DNA from: a bacterium
GTDB lineage: Bacteria > Krumholzibacteriota > Krumholzibacteriia > LZORAL124-64-63
Length of the DNA stretch: 24,616 bases
Assembly: GCA_031441465.1 (NCBI GenBank)
Contig: JANOEP010000031.1
Span: 1 to 24,616 of the forward strand
Direction of reading: 5' to 3'
The notes beneath the pieces are model-generated. The model had not been told where the DNA came from and did no database searches. It saw nothing but the letters and a program-made list of their open reading frames with translations. Positions within the stretch are counted from its first letter, which is position 1. The number at the start of each line of letters is the position of its first letter. The translations under genes and the position numbers were made by a program. Shown one piece after another: positions 16,145-23,280 of the stretch.

Positions 16145-18250
16145 GTGGAAGTGAACAAGGGCATCGACCGCGACCTCCTGCTGGCCAACAGCAACATCCT
16201 GAGCGCGCTCGCGGTCCTGGCGATCGTCGGCCTGATGATCATGCCGGTCAACCCCACGGTCCTCGACCTGCTGATCACCTTCAACATCGCGTTCGCGGTG
16301 GTGATCCTGCTGGTCTCGCTGTACCTGAAGGAGCCGCTGCAGTTCTCCAGCTTCCCGTCCCTGCTGCTGATCGTCACGCTCTTCCGGCTGGCGCTCAACG
16401 TCGCCTCGACGCGCCTGATCCTGGCCAAGGGCGACGCCGGCAAGGTCATCGCGAGCTTCGGCGACTTCGTCATCGGCGGCAACTACGTCATCGGCGTCAT
16501 CGTCTTCACCATCCTGGTCATCGTCCAGTTCGTGGTGATCACCAAGGGTTCCGGCCGCATCGCCGAAGTGGCGGCCCGCTTCACCCTCGACGCGATGCCC
16601 GGCAAGCAGATGGCCATCGACGCCGACCTGAACACCGGCCTGATCAACGAGGCCGAAGCCCGCCGCCGCCGCGCCCAGGTCGCCTCGGAGGCCGAGTTCT
16701 TCGGCGCCATGGACGGCGCCAGCAAGTTCGTGCGGGGCGACGCGGTCGCCGGGATCATCATCACCATCATCAACATCGTCGGCGGCTTCGTCATCGGCAT
16801 GCTGCAGATGGGGATGACGGCCGGGGAGAGCCTGCGCACGTTCACGCGCCTGACCGTGGGCGACGGCCTCGTCAGCCAGATCCCGGCCCTGCTGATCTCC
16901 ACCGCGGCCGGCCTGGTGGTCACGCGCCAGAGCAGTTCGATGAACCTGGGACAGTCGCTGACCATGCAGCTGTTCCGCCAGCCCAAGGCCATCTACCTGG
17001 CGTCGGGCTCCCTGATCGTGTTCGGCCTGATCCCGGGCTTGCCCACCCTGCCCTTCCTGACCCTCGGGGCGGTGTTCGGGATCGTCGGCCGCCTGCTGAG
17101 TTCGCGGGTCGAGTCGATCGACCGCCAGGACGCCGCCGACGAGGCCATGTCGCTCGAAGAGGCGGCGCCGGTGGCAGACCACGGGCCGGGCCACGACCTG
17201 TTCGTGACCGACGCGATGGAGCTGGAACTCGGCTACGGGCTGCTGTCGCTGGTCGACCAGTCGCGCGGCGGGGACCTGCTCACCAGGATCACCAACATCC
17301 GCCGGCAGATCGGCACCGAACTGGGCGTGCTGGTGCACCCCATCCGCGTGCGGGACAACCTCCAGCTCGGCGCGCACGAATACGTGATCAAGCTCAAGGG
17401 CGTCGCCCTGGCCCGGGCCACGTTGCGGCCCGACCGGCTGCTGGCGATGAGTACCGGGGGCGGCGAGCCCATCGAGGGCCTGCCGACCGTCGAACCGGCC
17501 TTCCAGCTGCCCGCCCTGTGGATCGACCCGGCGCGCAAGACCGTGGCGGAGATGGAGGGCTACACCGTCGTCGAGCCGACCGCGGTCCTCGCCACCCACC
17601 TCTCCGAGACGATCCGCGCCCACGCCGACGAGCTGCTGACGCGGCAGGACATCAAGGACATGTGCGAGAGCGTGCGCGAGTTCGCGCCCGCGCTGATCGA
17701 GGACCTGATCCCGGACAAGGTGCCGGTCAACACGCTGCACAACGTCCTGCGCGGCCTGCTGCACGAGCGCATCCCGGTCAAGGACATCGTCACGATCCTC
17801 GAGACGCTGGCCAACCACGTCGGCGCGGGCGGCGGCGTCGACCACCTGCTGGAGAAGGTGCGCGAGTCGCTGCGCCGCACGATCAGCAGCCTCTACGTCG
17901 AACCGGACGGTCACGTGTACGTCGTGTCGCTGCATCCGGAGACCGAGGCGGTGATGGCCCAGGCGGCGAGCGATTCCGAGCGCGCCGGGGCCGTGGTGCT
18001 GGAACCGCTGTTCGCGCAGACCTTCCTCGAGAAGCTCGAGAAGACGCTGCAGGCCGTCTACAGCCGCGGCAAGCCGCCGGTCCTGCTGGTGCCGACACCC
18101 ATGCGGCTGTTCCTGAAGCGATTGATCGAACCGACGTTCCCGGCGCTGCCGGTGATGGGCTACACCGAGGTCACGCCCAACACCAGCATCCAGTCCGCGG
18201 GGATCGTCTCGACCCAGGGAGCACATCATGCCCACGCAGCCAAGGCCTGA
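16145..18250 (+). CDS. flhA: Flagellar export protein FlhA
   Basis: FSSFPSLLL..TLFRLALNVASTRLIL, the FHIPEP motif RIAEVAARFTLDAMPGKQMAIDADL, F.GAMDGASKFVRGDA and GDGLVSQIPAL. GTG 16151 is an alternative start. Confidence 0.98.
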   Translation: MEVNKGIDRDLLLANSNILSALAVLAIVGLMIMPVNPTVLDLLITFNIAFAVVILLVSLYLKEPLQFSSFPSLLLIVTLFRLALNVASTRLILAKGDAGKVIASFGDFVIGGNYVIGVIVFTILVIVQFVVITKGSGRIAEVAARFTLDAMPGKQMAIDADLNTGLINEAEARRRRAQVASEAEFFGAMDGASKFVRGDAVAGIIITIINIVGGFVIGMLQMGMTAGESLRTFTRLTVGDGLVSQIPALLISTAAGLVVTRQSSSMNLGQSLTMQLFRQPKAIYLASGSLIVFGLIPGLPTLPFLTLGAVFGIVGRLLSSRVESIDRQDAADEAMSLEEAAPVADHGPGHDLFVTDAMELELGYGLLSLVDQSRGGDLLTRITNIRRQIGTELGVLVHPIRVRDNLQLGAHEYVIKLKGVALARATLRPDRLLAMSTGGGEPIEGLPTVEPAFQLPALWIDPARKTVAEMEGYTVVEPTAVLATHLSETIRAHADELLTRQDIKDMCESVREFAPALIEDLIPDKVPVNTLHNVLRGLLHERIPVKDIVTILETLANHVGAGGGVDHLLEKVRESLRRTISSLYVEPDGHVYVVSLHPETEAVMAQAASDSERAGAVVLEPLFAQTFLEKLEKTLQAVYSRGKPPVLLVPTPMRLFLKRLIEPTFPALPVMGYTEVTPNTSIQSAGIVSTQGAHHAHAAKA

Positions 18251-19334
18251 GCACGGCACGAGCCGGGTCACCGGCCGCACGCTCAAGGAAGCCCTCCAGA
18301 ACGCCCGTCGTCTCTACGGCGACAGCGTCCGCATTTCCGAAACGCGCGGCGTCGAACGGCGCGACGCGAAGGGGCTGGGGCGCAGCCGCCACATCGAGGT
18401 CGTCGTGGCCTTGCCGACCGGCGCCCCTGAACTGGAGCGCCGGGCGCGCCCGGCGGCGACCGTGACCGATCTGGAAGCCGAGGTGCAGCGCATCGAGCAG
18501 CTCGTGGCCGGCCTGGCGAGCGAAGCCGCGGCGGCCGCGACGCCCGAACCGGCGCGCGCCCAGGATCCCCTGGACCGGGCGCTGCTGGCGGCCGGAGCCT
18601 CACCGGCGGCCGTGCGGCACCTGCGCCGGCTGCGTGAGGCGGAGGGCGCCCGGGATCCGCGCACCCACCTGCGGGCGCAACTGCGGGCCGCCGGAGGCCG
18701 GTGGCAGGACCTCGCCGGTGTCCACGTTTTCCTCGGCGGCGCCGGCGCCGGCAAGTCCGACCTGGTGCTGGGCGCGGCCGCGGCGCTGAAGGCGGCCGGG
18801 CGCAAGGTGCTCGTGCTGGCTTTGACCCCGCGCCACAAGGGCGACGTCCGGCGCCTGCAGGAGGAAGCCGCCGGCCGCGGCTACGACGCCGCCGTGCTGC
18901 GCGAGGCGGCGCAGTTCACGCGCAGCCTGCCGCTGCTGCCCCGCTACGACGCCGTGCTCGTCGACACGCCGTGCTGGCACGGCCGCTCCCTGCGCGACGA
19001 GGCCCTGCGGCGCTTCGTGGCGGACGACGAGGACCTGCATCGCCATCTGGTGCTGCCGCTGGATCTGGACCTGGGCGATCGCGAACGCCTGTGGGAGACC
19101 GGCCGGGCCTGGAACTGCGACTGGCTGGCGCTGACGCGCGGCGACCTCAGCGCGCGACCGGGCCGCCTGCTGGACGTGCTGCTGACCTCGCCGTTCCCGG
19201 TGTCCCTGCGCGCGACGGGACCGTGGCCGGATGAGATGCCCCTGATCGCGGACGCGGGGAGCCTGGCCGAACTCTGCACGCAGGGAGTCGGCGCGCTCCC
19301 GGGCGCCACGGCCGAATCCGGAGGCGCGTCGTGA
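18228..19334 (+). CDS. flhF: FlhF-like SRP-family GTPase with degenerate G-motifs
   Basis: N-terminal FlhF B-domain pattern (GRTLKEAL..AR..YG....ISETR), P-loop GGAGAGKS and D.VLVDT. Position directly after flhA (23-nt overlap). Confidence 0.75.
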   Translation: MPTQPRPEHGTSRVTGRTLKEALQNARRLYGDSVRISETRGVERRDAKGLGRSRHIEVVVALPTGAPELERRARPAATVTDLEAEVQRIEQLVAGLASEAAAAATPEPARAQDPLDRALLAAGASPAAVRHLRRLREAEGARDPRTHLRAQLRAAGGRWQDLAGVHVFLGGAGAGKSDLVLGAAAALKAAGRKVLVLALTPRHKGDVRRLQEEAAGRGYDAAVLREAAQFTRSLPLLPRYDAVLVDTPCWHGRSLRDEALRRFVADDEDLHRHLVLPLDLDLGDRERLWETGRAWNCDWLALTRGDLSARPGRLLDVLLTSPFPVSLRATGPWPDEMPLIADAGSLAELCTQGVGALPGATAESGGAS

Positions 19335-19657
19335 GCAAGTTCGTCAACGTGATGGCCCTGAGCGCGGCGCTGGCCTCGCTGGTCTACGACATCTGGCGCG
19401 ACTACGGGGCGCTGGCCACCGCCAAACGCGCGGCGCTGGCCTATTTCGCCTTCTTCGCCGTCGGTTCGTTGCTGTCGTTGATGTTCAAGACCGGCATCCA
19501 GGACGAATGGGTCCGCGAGGACTGGCAGCGACGACGGGCCGAAAAGGCACGCCTGGAGCAGGTGCGCGTGGCCGAGGAGATCCGGCGCCTGGATGAGAAG
19601 AAACGCCGCGAGGCGGAAAAGGCGGCGAAGAAGGGCAAGCCGGTGACCGCCGGCTAG
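19331..19657 (+). CDS. Hypothetical membrane protein (two hydrophobic segments plus charged coiled-coil tail), 108 aa
   Basis: GTG start overlapping the flhF stop (GTGA) with a GGAGG RBS, GC3-biased codons, hydrophobic segments at about aa 4-19 and 32-52, and an Arg/Glu/Lys-rich C-terminus. Confidence 0.75.
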   Translation: MSKFVNVMALSAALASLVYDIWRDYGALATAKRAALAYFAFFAVGSLLSLMFKTGIQDEWVREDWQRRRAEKARLEQVRVAEEIRRLDEKKRREAEKAAKKGKPVTAG

Positions 19658-19697
19658 GCCGCGCCCGCCATTTCCTCCGGGGCGCGGCGGCGAACCA

Positions 19698-19714
19698 AGG
19701 CACGGTTCCTGCAA
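19698..19714 (+). promoter_or_regulatory. Sigma-54 -24/-12 promoter upstream of fliA
   Basis: AGGCACGGTTCCTGCAA has GG(19699-700)-N10-GC(19711-12). It is intergenic, ~57 nt before the fliA ATG. Confidence 0.75.
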
Positions 19715-19769
19715 TCGGCTCCGAGAAGTGACCGTACCGGGGCACATTCACCAGCGAACGAGGACTTCC

Positions 19770-20729
19770 ATGCAGCAGACCGACACCATCGAGCGGATCG
19801 AGCACCTGGAACTCTGGGAGCGCCTGAGCGAGAAGACCGATCAGCAGGCACGGCACACGCTGGTGGAGTTCTATGCGAGGGTGGTCAAATACGTGGCGGG
19901 TCGCATGGCCATCGGCCTGCCCCACTACGTCGACCAGAAGGACCTGGTGTCGGCCGGGCTGCTCGGGCTGATCCAGGCCGTCGACAACTACGACTACCGC
20001 CGGGGCAACAAGTTCGAGACGTACGCGATCCCGCGCATCCGCGGCGCGATCCTCGACGAGCTGCGCAGCCAGGACTGGTTCCCCCGCTCGCTGCGGCGCA
20101 AGGCGCGCCAGCTGGAAACGGCGCTGCACGGCCTGGAGTCGCGGCTCAACCGCACGCCGACCGACGAGGAACTCGCCAAGGAACTCGGCGTCAGCCGGGA
20201 CGATCTGCAGACGATGATGGACGAGGTGGCGGTCGCGACGATCGTGTCCCTCGACGCCGACAACTCCGAGGACGACGACCAGTCCAACTGCCTCGGCGAC
20301 TACATCGCCGACACGCGCACCCCCGACATCGAGACGGTCGTCTCGGAGGAGGAGATGCGCGGCCTGATCGCCGGCAGCCTCGAGGAACTGACGGAGAAGG
20401 AACAGCTGGTCCTGGTCCTCTACTACTACGAGGAACTCACCCTCAAGGAGATCGGCGAGATCCTCGACGTCACGGAGTCCCGGGTCTGCCAGATCCACAC
20501 CAAGGCGATCCTGCGCCTGCGCGGCAAGATCCAGCGGGGCGAGGGTCGCAAGTCGATCGATCGACTGAGCAGCGAGCGGCGGACCCAGCGTCGCAAGGAA
20601 GCGGCGCGGGAGGAGTCCCCTCGCGACGCCCTGCTGGAGCGGGTCAACATCATGGCCGGATTGGCGTTGCCGCCGATGTTCAAGCTGGCGGCCGTGCTGC
20701 TGGACCTCCAGGTGCCGCTGCGCACCTGA
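19770..20729 (+). CDS. fliA: RNA polymerase sigma-28 factor FliA/WhiG family, with C-terminal extension (319 aa)
   Basis: DLVSAGLLGLIQAV..YD..RG.KFETYA.PRIRGAILDELRS.DW.PRS.R and region 4 LYYYEELTLKEIGEIL.VTESRVCQIH.KA. ATG 19770 follows a GAGGA RBS. Confidence 0.95.
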   Translation: MQQTDTIERIEHLELWERLSEKTDQQARHTLVEFYARVVKYVAGRMAIGLPHYVDQKDLVSAGLLGLIQAVDNYDYRRGNKFETYAIPRIRGAILDELRSQDWFPRSLRRKARQLETALHGLESRLNRTPTDEELAKELGVSRDDLQTMMDEVAVATIVSLDADNSEDDDQSNCLGDYIADTRTPDIETVVSEEEMRGLIAGSLEELTEKEQLVLVLYYYEELTLKEIGEILDVTESRVCQIHTKAILRLRGKIQRGEGRKSIDRLSSERRTQRRKEAAREESPRDALLERVNIMAGLALPPMFKLAAVLLDLQVPLRT

Positions 20730-20750
20730 GGCCGGAGGGAGGGCGGGTCC

Positions 20751-21065
20751 ATGTCGGGCGACGGATTCTCGGTCAAGAGCTCGATCTCCCAGATGAACAG
20801 CGTGGCTCGCGTCCTGCAGAAGAGCCAGCAACTCGCCCAGACGGAGAACGCGGCCACGGGGCACCTCCTCAAGGGCGAGAAGCGGCTCGACCGGCTCCAG
20901 CCGACGGACGAGGCCCAGAAAACGAACGTGGATCCGGAACGCCGCCGCCGTGACGGCGACCGTGAGCACCGCGATCAGGACGACGCCGAGGCGTCGCCGG
21001 TCGATCCGGAGACGGGAACGACGCCGGAGGCGCCCCCCGTCGCACGGATCGACACCACCGCCTGA
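20751..21065 (+). CDS. Hypothetical protein, 104 aa, hydrophilic, ending in ...RIDTTA
   Basis: ATG after a GGAGGGAGG RBS and strong GC3 codon bias. It fills the gap between fliA and the next ORF. Confidence 0.75.
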   Translation: MSGDGFSVKSSISQMNSVARVLQKSQQLAQTENAATGHLLKGEKRLDRLQPTDEAQKTNVDPERRRRDGDREHRDQDDAEASPVDPETGTTPEAPPVARIDTTA

Positions 21066-21081
21066 GCGGGGAGGACGCGAA

Positions 21082-21606
21082 GTGGAACGAGGGATCCTGG
21101 CTTTCCTGCAGGGCGCCGACCGGTCGCTGGCCTGGGCCGCCGCCGTCGCGCTGGCTGCCGGGGGCACGGCCTTGATGGTGGCGTTCTACCTGCAGTGGCA
21201 GCGCTGGCGCACGGCGGCTGCGACGCGGCGCGACGCCCGACGGGTGTCTGCGGCGGCCAAGACGGCGATGCCGCGCCAGAGCAGGAAATCGGCGGGGAAG
21301 CAGCCCAAGGGTGCGCCGCGGACCGTGGCGCCCGCCGCCGGCGTGGCCGCCTATCGGCGTCAGGTCGGGATCGACCCGGCTCAGGCCCCGGTGCCGTCTC
21401 TCGAGACAGCATCGCCCCCGGAGGTCGCTGTCCCGACCCCTGCGGCGGTGGCGCCCAAGCTCGATCCCTTGCTGGCGCGCCTCCAGGACGCCGGCGACCG
21501 ACTCGAAGAGCTGATGCGCCGGCACGCGCACCGCTCCCACGAGCAGGACGATCTGGCTCGTTTGGCCGCCGCCATCGACGTCGAATTCGTCCATAAGCAG
21601 GCCTGA
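21082..21606 (+). CDS. Hypothetical single-pass membrane protein, ~174 aa
   Basis: GTG 21082 follows a GGGGAGGA RBS (the ORF-track start 20950 overlaps orf104). TM segment LAWAAAVALAAGGTALMVAFYL, a Pro/Ala-rich linker and a C-terminal helix LDPLLARLQDAGDRLEELMRR. Confidence 0.65.
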   Translation: MERGILAFLQGADRSLAWAAAVALAAGGTALMVAFYLQWQRWRTAAATRRDARRVSAAAKTAMPRQSRKSAGKQPKGAPRTVAPAAGVAAYRRQVGIDPAQAPVPSLETASPPEVAVPTPAAVAPKLDPLLARLQDAGDRLEELMRRHAHRSHEQDDLARLAAAIDVEFVHKQA

Positions 21607-21668
21607 ACTCCCGCCTCACGACATAAACGTGGCAGAAACGGCGAAACGGTCGCATTGTGGGCACGTGA

Positions 21669-21684
21669 CTGTCAGGTGTGACAG
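21669..21684. promoter_or_regulatory. Perfect inverted repeat CTGTCA-N4-TGACAG upstream of the sigma-54 activator gene (candidate regulator binding site)
   Basis: CTGTCA (21669-74) and TGACAG (21679-84) are exact reverse complements, located just upstream of the AGGAGG RBS. Confidence 0.4.
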
Positions 21685-21702
21685 ATCCGCAGGAGGTGGG
21701 TC

Positions 21703-23199
21703 GTGCCCCACGATGTCGTGATCCTGAGCCGCCGGCCGGCTTTGTTCAAGACCGCTGCCGACTGGCACCTCGCCGGTGTCGATCTCTACGTCCACGATTC
21801 CCCATCCGAGGCCCTGGCCCGTTTCGCCGACGGCCGGGGCGCCTTGCTGTTGTTCGACACCAGCGACTTCGCGCGGACGCGCCACGTGGTCGAGAAATTC
21901 CTGTCCCTCAAGGGGGACGCGGACCTGCTGGTCCTGGGCGGCGAGGACGTGCTCGAGGGTTTGCAGGACAAACCGCGCCGCGGCGCCTTGCGGCGACTCG
22001 ACGCGGGCACCGTCGGCGACGCGTTGCGCCAGGAAGTCGAGCGCCTGCTGCGCCTGCGCAACGTCCGCCAGCGCAGCGGGATCGTCGGGCGCTCGCGCGC
22101 GGTCAACCAGATGATCGCACTGATCGCGCAGGCGGCGCCGCTGAACGTGACCATCCTGATCCTCGGCGAGAGCGGCACTGGCAAGGAACTGGTGGCCCGC
22201 GCCATCCACGACCACTCCCAGCGCGCGACCGGCCCCTTCGTCTCGCTCAACTGCGGCTCGCTGAGCGAAGGCGTGCTGGAAAGCGAGCTGTTCGGGCACG
22301 AACGCGGCGCCTTCACCGGCGCGGTCAGCCGCCACGAAGGGGTGTTCCGCCGCGCGGACGGCGGCACGCTCTTCCTGGACGAGGTGGCGGAGATGCCGCT
22401 GCCGATGCAGACCCGCTTCCTGCGGGCGCTGGAGACCGGCGAATTCACGCCGGTCGGCGGCTCGAAGCTGGAGCGCAGCGACATCCGCCTGGTGGCGGCG
22501 ACCCACCGCGACCTGGCCCGCGACGTCGAAGAGGGAAGGTTCCGTCAGGATCTCTACTACCGGTTGCGGGTGGTGGTGATCCCGACCCCGCCCCTGCGGG
22601 AGCGCCGCGAGGACGTGCCGGTCCTGGTCCAGCACTTCCTCGATCAGGAGAACGACCGTCACGGCACCAACGTCCGCGGCATCTCGCGCCCAGCCCTGGA
22701 AATGCTCCTGAACCACACCTGGCCCGGCAACGTGCGCGAGCTGGGCAACCTCGTCAGCTCCGTGGTGGTCTTCAAGCGCGACGGGATGATCGAGGCGGCC
22801 GACCTGCCCCAGGACATCGTGACCGGCGGCCGCGCGCGCGCGTCGCGCCTGCCCGTGCCCCTGACACGGCCGTTCGCGGGGCTGGACCTGGAACTGCTCT
22901 CGGCCATGCTGCTGGAGATGCGTCAGGACCTGCACGAGATCAAGGGGCTGCTGCGGGCCGGGGAGCGGTATCCACACGGGGAATCCGTACCCCTGGACGG
23001 CACCTTCGTGGAAACAATCCCGGTCGATCACGGTTACATGGCCGAGGTACCCGGCCCCGTGGACCTGGAGTCGGCGGAACGCGCGCTCATCGACCAGGCG
23101 CTGCGTTCCACCGGCGGGCGTCGCCGGCGGGCCGCCGAACGCCTCGGCATCAGCGAGCGCACGCTCTACCGCAAGCTGCTCAAGTACGGCCTGAGCTGA
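21703..23199 (+). CDS. Sigma-54-dependent enhancer-binding protein (pseudo-receiver, AAA+ and Fis HTH domains)
   Basis: GESGTGKE (Walker A), ESELFGHERGAFTGA, GGTLFLDEV (Walker B), FRQDLYYRL, WPGNVREL and C-terminal AAERLGISERTLYRKL. GTG start after an AGGAGG RBS. Confidence 0.95.
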   Translation: MPHDVVILSRRPALFKTAADWHLAGVDLYVHDSPSEALARFADGRGALLLFDTSDFARTRHVVEKFLSLKGDADLLVLGGEDVLEGLQDKPRRGALRRLDAGTVGDALRQEVERLLRLRNVRQRSGIVGRSRAVNQMIALIAQAAPLNVTILILGESGTGKELVARAIHDHSQRATGPFVSLNCGSLSEGVLESELFGHERGAFTGAVSRHEGVFRRADGGTLFLDEVAEMPLPMQTRFLRALETGEFTPVGGSKLERSDIRLVAATHRDLARDVEEGRFRQDLYYRLRVVVIPTPPLRERREDVPVLVQHFLDQENDRHGTNVRGISRPALEMLLNHTWPGNVRELGNLVSSVVVFKRDGMIEAADLPQDIVTGGRARASRLPVPLTRPFAGLDLELLSAMLLEMRQDLHEIKGLLRAGERYPHGESVPLDGTFVETIPVDHGYMAEVPGPVDLESAERALIDQALRSTGGRRRRAAERLGISERTLYRKLLKYGLS

Positions 23200-23250
23200 T
23201 CGCGGCGCGGCGCGGGCCGACCATGCCGGCACGCTGCATCGACACTGGCC

Positions 23251-23280
23251 TTGGCCGCCCGTGTCGGTCTGTGGTATTTT
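23251..23280 (+). promoter_or_regulatory. Possible sigma-70-type promoter for the PorV-like gene
   Basis: TTGGCC-N18-TATTTT with a TG extended -10 (TGGTATTTT), in an AT-rich spot of the intergenic region. Confidence 0.35.

Noticed and set aside
1001..18250. Interpretation as a non-flagellar (injectisome) type III secretion system
   Set aside because: Rod, hook, hook-cap, FliE, FliL, FliG/M/N and FliA genes are all flagellar types, and there is no secretin or needle gene.
13121..21535. Weaker GG-N10-GC matches (13122, 19546, 19847, 21521)
   Set aside because: They lack the YTGC -12 element and are expected by chance at this GC content.
21624..21650. TAAA...GGCGAAAC as a possible sigma-28 promoter upstream of the activator
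   Set aside because: The spacing is 12 nt rather than ~15, and the -10 match to GCCGATAA is poor.
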